Source of the DNA: Macrostomum hystrix
Taxonomy: Eukaryota; Animalia; Platyhelminthes
Reading direction: 5' to 3'
DNA: 64,000 bases
Assembly (NCBI GenBank): GCA_950097015.1
Contig: CATNEN010000032.1
Span: 1 to 64,000, forward strand
Below, piece after piece: positions 34,201 through 46,218 of the stretch; position 1 is the stretch's first letter; the number at the start of each line of letters is the position of its first letter. The position numbers and the translations under genes were made by a program. Below the pieces are notes generated by a model that was given only the letters and a program-made list of their open reading frames with translations, did not search any database and was not told where the DNA came from.

Positions 34201-37200
34201 GGTATGCAACGGAAAACCATGCTGCTGCCTGCGCCCTCCGCTGATCGTGATTATCGCCAGCGAGTTGATCGAAAATACGTCGATACTTGTTTCCTAGCGC
34301 TTCAAAGGCAAGTCGCATAGCAGTATGAGCCCGACCACGCTCGGCTCGAAGCAGAGGATGCCACTGAAAGCAGCGACCGAGCTCAAATTCTCGTTCATTC
34401 TTGGTACCCCACTGAGCCATCAGTGCACGCAGATCACACCGGTAGAGTTGGTGCAATCGTTGAGCGCTGTTTAAAAAAAATTCATGACCAGGCCACGTAA
34501 CTTCGAACCGTTCGTTGCTACAATTGCTGACATCCAAGATATCCCAGTCGAGGTCGCATGAACAGCATCTTCGATACAGCTGGCCCAACAACTTCTCAGA
34601 GGAGTAAGATACTGAGCGCTCCATAAAATCCGGATAGCCTTTCCCTTGCACTAGTTTTACTGCCCTTTCAGGAACCTCAGGAACGATCCCAGTCTTTGGA
34701 AAGTCAACTGCTATCGACTGCGCACTTGCAACTTTGATTGCAAGCTGGTTGAGGGCTCCACCAGGCAGTTGGTCACAGACGGCCAGATGCAAATTCGCCA
34801 CTCGACCTAGAAAACTGTTGGCAAAGTTTTGGGCACAGAAGGTGGCCAGTCTCTCAGGATCCGTCACATTAGCTCCTTCAGGTAGCAGAGGCTCGCCTGC
34901 TGCCAGGTCGGCATAGTTTAAAGGCTTCTGAATTGCTTCTAGAGGTGGAATGAGTTCCGGATCCCATACAACTCCAAATTGGTCTCCATCGAGGTCCCCG
35001 CCACTACAGTCTGCAGCCAGAGAGCTGCTGCAATCAGACCTCGAGGGGAAAAGCAGCAGATTGATCCACCCTGCCAGTTCTGGACAGGACACTGCTCGCA
35101 CAACGCGGACGTCGCCTGGGTGAAGGCACGGGTTCCGATAAACCAGGACTGGGCCTTCAATCTGCTCGACTTGATCGCTTGGATGCCGCCTGATGCGTAG
35201 AAAGACCTCACCTTCACTCAGAACCTGTAGCGGATCAGGGGCAGCCATCACGCGGCAGCCGAGTTTGCCTACAGGCAGAGCCGCTCGCTTTCGAAGGTCC
35301 AAAAGACGAAAGCGGAACATGCAACGCAGCAGGCCGAGCCAGTGCGGATCAGTCAGCATGTCAAAGTGCTTTGCAACGTTCAGCACTCTAGATTTAGACG
35401 ATGCTGGTTGGTCGATGAAGTTGCAAAGTGCTGCAGCTGCATCAGCGGGATTCGCTAGCGCCTCGGCTGTCCTGCGGAGTTCCGAATCCAGAATGCTTCG
35501 CAGATGTTGCGCTGGATTCCAGTTTGAGCACTGATATGATAGTGCCTCCAACAGAGTTATGATTTCACGATTTAGGAACAGTGGACCACACTGATATGCT
35601 CCCACAATGCACAGTTTGTTATCCGAGCTCTCGAACTTCTCCGTCGATGGTCTCAGAGAGATGCCATGGTTTGAGCCAAGCTCTGGATCATCGTTCAATA
35701 CTGTTGTGAGGACTCCTTTTGCTCCAGCAAAGCGAAACTGATAGGCAGATGGAGTGTATGGCAGCTGAAGTTGAGCCGCGATGGAATCGGCAAGCGCCGT
35801 GCTGATTTTTCCACTACCTGAAATTTAAAAAAGAATTAATTACAACATTAGTACAGTAGCGTAACGTTTAAATGTTAGCGCAATGCAAAAATTCGAACTA
35901 ACCGTCTGTCACAAGATCATTGTTCCTTGCACGTCGGTCGGCGCATCTTGAAACTTGATGGTGCGCGAGTTCAGCCACTGGCGTGTCTGAAGTATGAAAA
36001 AGTCCCAAGCGAGAGAGATACTTGGATACTGAACGAAATTTATCCGGCTTCTCCACCAGTTGGTCTCGCAATCGCTGGACCTCCTCAATGGTTTCAGCGG
36101 CTACAAAGTAGCATCTGCTTGCCCGCAGCTGGCCACTGCTGGCCGAAAAAAATCGATAATGACGACCAGCCAGGAGCAGGCCATCGAGCAAGACGCGACG
36201 AAACCGATCTCCCACCAAAGCAGATGAGGCAACGTTGCCTCCACCCCGCACGGGTCCGCAGGACTCGTCAGTGAAGGCGACCAGGACGAGCCTGTCTGGA
36301 GGTATTCGACGAAGGAGGCGACTTGAAGCGACAGGAATAGCAGGAAACAGAACTACTCTGGTTGGAGTGACCGCCGCTCGCTTTACAAGCACGGAACCAG
36401 CAGGAACAAGAGAATCAGCCACAGCTTTGCCAGCATCATTCGCACCGTTCTCTAAAATGTTCAAGATTGAGCGCAATTTGCGTCCGAATACATCCGTTAG
36501 AAAGGCATTATGACCACTATCAGCTGAGAGCGCTAGAAGCGCATGAGACAGTCGAATAAGATTTTTCTGCCAGCTTTCGCCTGCGCCTGTGGCAGCGTCC
36601 GTGATTCGATTTGAAAGATTATTCGCAGCTTCTTTAGTGATGCAAAATTGACGACTATCGATCAGCGCTTGGGCTAGCCAGCGACACCCGAATTCTGCTT
36701 CAGAAGGTGCAGACAGGAATTCCGGCACGTGCGGGCAATGGAGAATGGGTGGCAATGGATCAGTTAAATGGCTGCCAGTCCCAAGGAGTTCCAGACGAGT
36801 ATCAAGCAGAGGCACTGGAAATGCTGCGCGTAGTCTCATCCAGTCGAGTGGCTCAGCCGACTCAGCAGCTGGCAGGTGCAAGATGAGTACAGGATTACTG
36901 TTGAGATGACGCCGAACTGTTTCATCGAGATCCGACTCTACAGATGCCGGATCAGAAAATATATCATTGAAAGTCCAATCGTTTATTGTTAGATCGTCGT
37001 TTCCTCTAGAAATTTTACTGACCGTGGGTGCAACTCGAATCGGTATGACCAGAAGTCCTTGTGACCAGTCAACGAATGCGAATCCATTGGTTCCAGCAGC
37101 AATTGACAAAGTCAACGAAATTTCACTTGCACCGAGAAAAACGGTTAGAAGACCTCGAGTCGAATCTATCTGAAGACTGACATTTCCTTCTGTGACTCTC

Positions 37201-40050
37201 AGCGATTCAACGAGCTTGATCTCTGTTTGAAACTGTCCCAAAGCGACACCGGTCAAGTTATGATCGCTCTTAATTGTTTCGCTGCTGTTATTATCGCCGG
37301 GAGAAGGTTCAGCTAGTCGGATATCAGGGATAAAAAAAAGAGGTCTACCTGCTATTCTAAAGGACCAGCAGCGTGCGAAAGAGTGATATGCAGACAGAAT
37401 AGGCTCTGCAGAAGCTGAAGTAAAGCACACGACTGCCGTGGTTGTATCAGGTGGGAAGACACCAGATGGCAGACAATTGTTTTCAGCATCATATTGCAGT
37501 AGATCAATACGGTGCACTTTTAAATGGCTTTTGGCTTCAATTTCCTCTTTTAGGTGGTCCTCCATATCTTTCGAGTCGAGTTGCAGCACAGAACTGTACA
37601 CTTGCACCACAAGTTGTCGCCCCATCGACCCGCCTACTTTTAGCAGGGGACGCGCCTCGATAGCTTGCACAGATTGGACAGTAAAATGCCTTACGACTTC
37701 TTTTGTCTTCTCAGAAGGAACGCCACTATTTAATGAATGTTCCTTTACCAATTCATTCAACAGTTTTTCTCTTTCGTGAAGCTCCTTAGCAGCAGCAGCC
37801 TCCTTTTCGTCTACAATTACAATGAAACGACTGTTCTTTTTGCGAGCTCGACCACGACTCTGCAATAGTTGCACAAGAGAATTCGGAGCGTCGAATCGAA
37901 CCACAATGTCGCATGCGCTGACGTCGAGACCCTCTTCAAGGACAGCCGTGCTCACAATTAGACGACTGAAGCCTTCGTTGAATTTACTCACAGCTACTGA
38001 CTGCTCGCCTTCCCAGTCCATGCCATCCGTGCCACCGCGTCCAACGACCAGCTGAGGCTTCAGACTCCGGAAGCGCTCAGACAGACGGGCGTGCACTAGA
38101 CGGGCAGTTCGTCGAGTCCAAGTCAGCACTAGGAGTCGGGACTCCTCATTCACGGACTCCAACGATGCAGCCTCCATCTCTAAAATCTGCATTCGCATAG
38201 ACACATCTTTGGCCCAGGAGGGGTCGGAGCGAAATTTCATTTTGTCGGAAGAAAGACAACGAAGATCTTGCAGAATTGCTTCTGCTTTAGCTACTCCAAC
38301 AACTTCGGACACTTCTATGGCGGCCAGAATGCAGAGGAGGTCGCGCATTTGCTCACGGTTTTGCCGAAACTGTGGTAAATCGCTGTAGATTAGGTTGCGT
38401 AACTGACCAGCTACATTTCGGAGTTGATTTCGCGGCAAAATCCCAGCTTTACCTAACGGTAGGCCAAAATCCAGTGAATTGTTACTTTCCCGAAGAACTT
38501 GCATCGCATCTTCAGAAAATTGAATTTGCAACTCCGTCTGACTGCACACCCGAATTTCAGTCTGAACTTGTTCTGCCGCCTCAGCTGCCTCGGTTGGACG
38601 GAGTGCGACGCAGTTCGATGAGAAGTGAGCCAGAAATGTTTGAAGCTTCTGAGCTCCCTCTTTAAGGCAATCTCCTGGTTCTACTGGGGATGCAGTTAAG
38701 CCAAGCAGGCGCGGTCGTCGACCATCGGGAAGTTTCCGGTGGACCGAAAGAACAGCTTGAAAGTTGTGACAGTAAGAATTAGCATGGTGACATTCGTCAA
38801 TAACTATGCAGGAAAATGCACTCAGGTCCGGTACACGTCGGTTCTTCAAGAGCGAAAGCAGGGCTCCTGCTGTGATCACAACCTGCGAATGTTGAAAGAA
38901 TTTCATTTTAGGTCTTCCTTCGCCATTATATCTTAAACAATATCGTGCAATAATGTAATAATGTACATTAAGTACATTTATCGTACACTACTTCCTTATG
39001 CTTGCATAATTGACCTCTATACGCACTCACAAAGTAGACCCAGCAATCAACATTTAACTGTAAATATTAATCAACCAAATCTAAGCTTGAGGGACAAACT
39101 ACAAACAATAATTTACTCAATTCAGCATGTGATTACGAGTAAGCTTATTAGATCTGAAAGATTCATAAGTAAAAGTCTATATCTGTCTCAAATTATATTC
39201 GCCACAAATTTTCGGATGATAAATCAACAGGCTGGTCATGAATAAGTAAGCTCCATCAACTCACTAGATCATGCGCTCCATCCAGTAGCTCCCGAATCTT
39301 CCAAGTCGTCATGTTCTCGCCACAGAGAGCGGCCACTCGAAGTCCAGTGTCCACCTCCAGCGCCTTCGCCTGCTGGAACACAAGCGGCACCCGCTCCACC
39401 AACAATGCGCCCATTAGGCCAGGGTTGATGGCCCGCATTCGAGCTAGTAGCAGAGCAGCTACCAGCGTCTTTCCTGAACCAGTTGGTAAAACCAGAACTA
39501 GATCTCTCTGCAAAGCTTCGGCAAAAGCTTCTATCTGGTACGGTCGGGGCACTTTTTCAGACGCCAGGAGGTCTGACCACTCAAAGTGCTCTGCAGTGGA
39601 AGCGAATCTAATAACAGCAGTTCGCGCAATTAAACTTGACCATCCGGTAAACTCAGAAACTATTGGTCGGCCATAGAAATTGCTCATATCCACCTGCTCT
39701 ATGACATGTCCAAATCTACGTATTAGTTTCACTGAAATTTTGTCTCTTGGTTCACAGCGGATGCCACCAACAATAACCTTCTTCTTTCCAAACGAGATGA
39801 AGTTAGAACCATGAGGTCCAAATGGAAGTTGAACTCCAACACTAGTCTGACAACTGCTGCAATTCACTACATACTTGGTCCCCTCTTTTTTAATGACCAG
39901 CTTTTTCATTGCTGCTTCAACGAACTGATTTTTTACCGATATGTATACTTCATTTTCAGCCTTCCTGAAGAAGCAAGCAAATTTAGCAGGCAATAAGCGC
40001 CTTCTACACAGGCCACAATCAATGCCAATTTCACTTTGTCGTGATGCCAT
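31229..40050 (-). CDS. Multidomain RNA-silencing protein: Zn module - Dicer/RIG-I-like helicase - cellular RdRP - Cid1/TUTase-like nucleotidyltransferase - KH-like - unknown C-terminus (predicted 2784 aa, 3 exons)
   Basis: Exons 40050-39265, 38882-35903, 35817-31229. Intron 1 (GTGAGT...TTCGCAG, 382 bp, phase 0) joins HDL|VVITAG, helicase motif Ib region. Intron 2 (GTTAGT...TTTCAG, 85 bp, phase 1) joins VTD-G-SGKIS, rebuilding the RdRP TDGxGxIS motif. Total CDS 8355 nt. Confidence 0.9.
33150..33960 (-). other. Pol-beta superfamily nucleotidyltransferase, Cid1/GLD-2/TUTase type
   Basis: VYGSASIFLCDENVSDIDLCV (GS + DxD), VPLIRC, QCDVTMNHIGLGKTRHLLSLY (third Asp), LPLFRLLVQWARAAGI, MPTAEFYALMLYCL, IGSYMLQFFRSC, in the order expected for this family. 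Confidence 0.8.
34110..36390 (-). other. Cellular (QDE-1/RDR/RRF-type) RNA-dependent RNA polymerase domain (spans intron 2)
   Basis: VTPTRV, SSRLLR, YRFFSASSGQLR, KYLSRLGLF, TDGSGKIS, AYQFRFAGAKGVL, RNPCLHPGDVR, SGGDLDGDQF (catalytic, about 34982-34996), AVDFPKTG, YPDFME, LLGQLYR, AAAWFSVAY, LSFPW. Confidence 0.95.
37810..39550 (-). other. SF2 DExD/H helicase domain, Dicer/RIG-I/DRH type (spans intron 1)
   Basis: PRPYQIEAF (Q), LPTGSGKT (I), VIDECHHA (II), GLTASP (III), STAVLEEGLDV (V), QSRGRAR (VI); all intact. Confidence 0.92.
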
Positions 40051-41317
40051 ACATTCTGAAAATTGTATGAAAATGAGGATTAAATTGAGAGCCAATCGTT
40101 GATAGCGATCTTATATGAGATGATATGATGAGTAAATGACTATATGACTAAAAATGTCCAAAAAAGATCATAAAAGTATACCTACTGAAACTATATCTTC
40201 ATTCTTCAATAAAAATATATATGTGGGAAACAAAGCTTCAATTAAATTTTTACTTCAATAATGAGTAGACTAGCACTAAATCATCTAGCGAAATTGCGAT
40301 TTTTGTTTAGAAGTGGGGACTAAGACAAAAATTTAATATAAATAACTTTACTAGAAAAGAGTTAATCATAAAAACTATAGGGTTTCAAAATTTATTTCGA
40401 AACTATTTCACAATTTATTTCGAAACTATTCAAAAATTTGTTTCGAGAAACTATTTCAAAATTTTTTTGAAACTATTTCGAAATCACAAAATAAGCTATA
40501 TCTGACACGCTATTGCATATAGATGCGACAAAATACTGAAATACTGTAGTTTTAGTGAATGCCTCAAAAGAATGCCTTAAATATTTAGTTACATATGCAC
40601 TACGATCATTATAATGTTCGATCCAAAACACAATTTGATTATTTTTGTGATATCTGTACCAGCAAGAAGTTGAAAAAATGTAATAAAATATGTAATGCTA
40701 CGTCTTAATTTATCAACAAAGTACGAATTCCCTCACGAAAACGAAAATTTTCGCTTTTGATATTTAAATTTTACACTAATCAAGTCATTTTGCTTCACTT
40801 AATCAAACTTTTCTGTCATATAAAATTTCAACACAATGGATTAACGTTATTTGTAGAGTGAACTGTTTTTAATATAATAAAAAACATAAATTTAAGCACG
40901 AAAACCCTACTCTACGAGTATAATATTAATTAAATTGAATGTGCAGAATCTGATTCGCGATGGTTGTCGTGCGAGAACATCTATAAACGCAGAATGCATT
41001 TTACTCGTATTTGTTACTAACTCTTACAATTCTGCTAGCCTTTACTAGCCTATATCTTAATGAATTACTAACTTGTTTCAATATAGAAGTCAACTTTTGC
41101 ACATGCTATTTTAGAATGTTTGTATGTTTACAAAAGTCTACTTGACACTGTACATCAACAAAGTAATAACTTGCGTTGCAATTGTACATATTCATTGTAG
41201 TTTTCAGTCCTTAAATTCCGGTCAATGGCGTCATCTTCCTAAAAAACCATATTTAAGTGACTGCTGCTAATTTGGGGTCCCTGACGGTATTACTTTGTCC
41301 GCTACCACTGCAGGCCA

Positions 41318-41566
41318 ATGCGCTGCAGGTGCGCCTCCATTGCGTTTCTGCTTGCTGCTTTCGCTGTAGCAGTCTCACTCCATTCAAATACATCTGTATC
41401 CTTTCTCCCGTTATCTCCTATACCTCGCCTACATCGTGTCTCTTTTAAATGTATTAAAAGTATTAAATGTGCAGTAATTTGCGAATTGTTCGACGTTACA
41501 TCACTGCCACAAGTACAACTTAAGAACAGTTGTCCTTGCACTGCCACTGCGAAATTGTGCTGTTAA
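41318..41566 (+). CDS. Candidate small secreted cysteine-rich peptide (82 aa)
   Basis: True ATG; signal-peptide-like MRCRCASIAFLLAAFAVAVSL; C-terminal C-x5-C-x3-C-x16-CPC-x6-CC*. No homology or expression evidence. Confidence 0.35.
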   Translation: MRCRCASIAFLLAAFAVAVSLHSNTSVSFLPLSPIPRLHRVSFKCIKSIKCAVICELFDVTSLPQVQLKNSCPCTATAKLCC

Positions 41567-43773
41567 ATGATGGCCTCGTGCACAACAATCCGGTCTGGCG
41601 AATGGAAAATACGCATAACTATGCTAAAATGGTCTGAACATTGGCCTTGACAAGTCCAATATTGAGCTGCATTAAAATTACTTAATTGTCTAGATGTGGC
41701 GTTAGAATCCAGACTTTAAAATAAATTTAAATCTTTTATTTTGAAACTGATTTATTACATACATTTTGCAAGTAACAACTCAGAGAATTTTGTTTGAATC
41801 GAGATTATTAAAACGGTATAATAAAAATGTCTTATTTGAAACGGGACTTGACATTTTTTAAAGAAAAATTAATGAAGTTCTGTTCAGTTTAGTTCAAATC
41901 AAAGCAGGGTAAAAATGTAATAAATTGCTGGATACTTTAAAGCTTAGTAAAATAGAATGTATTAGGTCGTAGATGATTTTTTTGTACATCTACAATTCAA
42001 AACTGGTAATAGTTGTTGCCGTGCTGCTTATTTAGAATAAATAGTCCCATTCTTCACTACTGTGTAGTTGTAATTCAAAATTTTGCTTCAACATTTAAAT
42101 ATGTAAGTTGACATTACAGTCTTGTTTGACTGATTAGATTTACATTGAGTATTTTATATATACTTTAAGTCTGCCTTTCACTTACTTCTGTCTGAAATTT
42201 AGAGTACATACTTATAATATGACTAAAACTATAATTGCTAGCTTTTTGTGCTCATGATTATGAAAGAAAAAGTATTGCTCACAAGCACTTAAAACATCAA
42301 AGATTGCTCCTATTGATTGTTAGACTCAGCTAGTACTTGCATTTAATTATACAGTTAGTCAGTTAGGCTTTTTAATAAAATGTGGATGAGTAGCTACTTT
42401 TTTTACATTAACTTTTTTACTAATGTTTTTTTAACTCAAGAATTGCTAGTTTCTCTACTCTAGTATTCTATTTAGAGAGTAAGCAGCTATGTACATTAAA
42501 TGGTCAATTATTTTTACCTTTTTTAGTTGTACCCAAGCCTACCCAGTTAATCCGTGTCTCAGTGTTTCATGAATGAAAATATTTTTTTAATTCATAACAG
42601 TTGTGGTCTTACCTTTTCTTATAGTATGGTTAGTATTCTAATCTACTAAGATTATACAATTTTTAGATTGAACCATATGTTTCTTATGTTATAGTTAGTC
42701 TTGTATATCTCCTAAGTATTTAAGTGAGAAGTAATGTGTTTAAGGGGGTGAGTGGGTCAGCGGCTAATGTCGCCACCCAACTTTCCAATGGTCACTGGTT
42801 TGTTCCTCCCTCCAAGTCACAATTATTTCTGGGCTTAGTTAGGGGTCTGCAAAGTAGTGACTTGCGGAGATACACCTTATTATGTGCAACCAAAGCTAAC
42901 TTAAAAATAGCTTAACCCCTGCCTTCTGCATGCCTGCTTGTTTGTGTTTGTGTTTGTGCATTGGGCCGGATATGAGGCAATGTATGGGGGGTGGGGCGGG
43001 TGTGCACCAGCCATGTGTGTTCTGATGGGCGAGGTTTCACCAACCATCTGTGCGCATGGCTTGGTCCTCTCATCCCTACCCTTCAGGCATCTAAGTTCTC
43101 CCCTTGTTTGGTCAGCTCTGTGCATGTGTGGGCCTGGGGTGAGAGGCACTCTGGCTGCTGCCCCCTTCCCCACTTGGCTTGCTACTGTGTATGAGGTGCC
43201 TGTGTTCAGGGGTCTAGATGGCACGATGGGCGACTCCTGCCTAGTTTGCCAGCCTGGAGGCATGCCATTCTTGTGCTTGTGCATCAAGTGCCCCGGGCCC
43301 CCTGCAAATAAATAAGTAAGTATATGTGTTTAATATGCTTTTTATTTTGATTTTTTCTTTTAGACGGCTGAATAGCTAATAACAATAAATCTTTTTATTA
43401 GCTTTGTTCTAAAGAAAAGCAAACTTTTTTGTTTTCTATATTTGCAATAAAATATTTCTCTTGAAAATAAAATCTTTGTCATTAATATTTACTCTTTTCT
43501 TAAAAAGAAATTTAAGAAGAGATTTTAGATGTTGCTAGCTGGCTAGAAAGTATTTTGTCCCTACTTGTTTAGAGTTAAAATCTTTATAAATTGTACTTAT
43601 TTTTTATTAATAACACAAAGCAACTAAAACTTATAATTAGGTTTTCTGGCTTTTCATAGAAGGCCAGTTATTTTTTGCTGTTTATTTCCACTTTAAACAT
43701 GTTAAAGAGTCCATCAAAGCATTAAAACTGGTTTAATACTTTTAAGTTTGTTGAATAGTTATTTTTTAATAAG

Positions 43774-46218
43774 TTACTCAGCTTTGATGGCCTGCACTCC
43801 AATAGCAGAGATGGCTGCATTGATCTTGGTGGTAGCTGTTGGCCAGGCTGCTGCAAGAAGGCTCTTACTTACAAAGTTCTGAGTATTACCTAAAATGGGT
43901 ATTTAAAGTCGAATGTATTTACCATTTGAAGTTCCACATGCTCATTAAATATATTTTAGAGGACCAATAGATATTCACTTACCATTGCATACATTTGCCA
44001 CACTAGGCTGCATTGTGTAATATATGTCACTCCTCAACGATCCATCAACTACCTGCATCGGATATTGATCAGCTACATGAAAGTCTTCACAGGTTACAAA
44101 GTACTGAATACTTGAAGGCAGTGCAGTTGATGTCGAGCTTGGGCAGCAAGTGGCAAAGTTGGCACTGCAGTAGCTGTTAACAGCGTCTGTTAGGTAGGTT
44201 CTTGTCGTCTCTTTCATCAGAGTTCCATTCCACTAAAACAATAGGATAATATAATAAGCCTCTGTGGGTAGTCTCTCCATTGTCTCTATTCCAATTTCCC
44301 GAATATTTCAGATATTGTGGCTGTTCTTTCCAATTATTCAGATAAACATGAAATTTCCAATTTGATTGATAGGGTGCGTAGAAGTTATTTAAAACGTTTG
44401 CTTATAGGACCGAAGGGTTTTGACTTCTCCCAGTTAATGCAACAGGTTTTGCAGTACAGAAAAATGTTATCAGTTAATCACGTACATTGGAGTGTAAAAT
44501 TGAGCACTTACAATAGACATATACAGTGGATAGTAACTTGCATAGCGCACTTCTCCAGCGAAGTAGATGGCCAGGCTGTGCTCCTCTTGAATCTTGTTAA
44601 CTGTTATTGAAAAATATATTTAGGATGGGCGGATGTTAGCGTTATTTAGTCATCTACCACTCGTGATTACTGAAACAGAACTGATAGTTTATAAATTAAT
44701 TGTTTCATTGACTCACTCTCGCAACGATAACCTGCGAAGTTAGCTGGACAAACACACTTGCATGTGGTATCAAACATGGTTGGCGTGCCGCCATTTTTAC
44801 AAAACACAGCCTGAGCCTTGCAGTCATTGGGGATTGAGCTTGGAAAGTAGATGTTCTTAGCTGCAATTACAACGATTGTAAAACATTGAAGATTTAATTG
44901 CGTGTAGGTCAGATTTCTCTGCTAAAGATTCAAGATAAGTGAACTTCTTTGCTCAACCAGGCTTCGCTTACAAACGCGAGTGATAATAAATCTCCGCAGT
45001 AATACAATTACTTACTTTCACACCTGACGCCATAGTATCCAGCGGGGCAGGAGCACGAGCAGAACGGTGAAGCCACCAAAGTGCCATAGTTCATGCATTC
45101 CAGCTTGCACTCTGTAACACGGGTCATTTGTTTAGTGCTCCATAAAAATGCGTGAGTGAACAAGAAATCAGAACGCTTTTTAAAGTGGTTATATTGTGGG
45201 TTTAGGTTTAGGTACAGGAACAGAGGTAGGTGAGAAGAAGCGACATGGGGGATCTTTATTTTAACCAGTATATGGAAGTAGAGGCCGAGACTAAGACTGT
45301 CACCAAACCGAAGCGAACTGAAGTATGTCTCACCAAATGGTCCAGGTACTGGTGGTGTTTCTCCTACCAGGATGGCGTAGCAAAGACCTTCCTTATAGTA
45401 CGTTGCATAGCCGTTGCCGCATTTGGTTCCTGGTTCTCCAATTTGGTATGGTGGTGAGCTCCACTCCCTGTGTGCGGTTTCATATTCAGATAATAATGAC
45501 CAAGTTATTGTTTTAAGCGTCTCTACGTTTCGCAAAATATATTTGCCTGATACTCACCTATTAAACTCACAGGCTGCCATGTAGTTACCACTGCAGAATT
45601 GAATGCCGCAACCAACTTTGTTTACACCTGAGGTCGCTATCTGCAGGTAGTGTCCACAAGTAGAAAAGAATGGATATTTGCCTGCACCAACAGTGCAAAC
45701 GCCATCGGTGTGATTGTAGATTTCTCTCTCCAGAAACATGAAGACTAGAATCTCGCTGAAATTCTTTCTGGATCCGAGGTACAGAGTCTCGCCCAGAGAT
45801 GCGTATTCGCCGCCATAGTTGTGCGCAAACACGCAACTGTTGGCCGCTTTCTGGGCCAGGTTCTCCAAGTTTGTGTCCCACAGCTGGAATCGGAGAGTTT
45901 TTTTAGTTTTTTCACCTTTCTTATTTTGCTGCAAAATGCCAGTGGAGGATTTCAAATGACACCTTTTAAATGGACGCTTGTTTCGACACGAAAGGTTTTG
46001 TCACGCCTGTATTTGCGAATTTAAAGCTGCAAAAGTGCCTCAAAAGTTCTTACCAATCCGTTCATGTCGGCCGCGGGCGGTACAACGCTCTTTCTCAAAT
46101 GGTTAATAAACTTGATTGTGTCAGATTTTTCCTGCTCCGACAATTCGCACCTGCCAACGCTGCCGGTTAGGGTCAGGATTAGCGAAACGCACAGCCAGAC
46201 TGTGAAGGTGGAGTCCAT
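43774..46218 (-). CDS. Secreted CAP (SCP/TAPS, CRISP/VAL-like) protein with two EGF-like domains, paralogue 1, about 8 exons
   Basis: Exon 1 46218-46054 (signal peptide, NHLRKSVVPPAADMNGL); exon 2 45883-45558 (LWDTNLENLAQ, FAHN, GETLY, CGHYLQI, VGCG); then PPYQIGEPGTKC exon, EGF exons (CMNYG...CSCPAGYYGVRCE; CKNGG...CVCPANFAGYRCE) and three more exons to TAA at 43774. Coordinates of the 3' exons are approximate. Confidence 0.85.

Noticed and set aside
31229-40050. Viral RdRP/endogenous virus, Dicer, or Helitron Rep-helicase
   Set aside because: The polymerase has the cellular DLDGD double-psi-barrel signature and spliceosomal introns; no PAZ or RNase III motifs were seen; the helicase is SF2 DECH, not the SF1 PIF1 type used by Helitrons.
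40051-40095. MALNLILIFIQFSEC N-terminal extension that looks like a signal peptide
   Set aside because: Begins at a non-ATG codon; ATG 40050 is the likely start for an intracellular enzyme.
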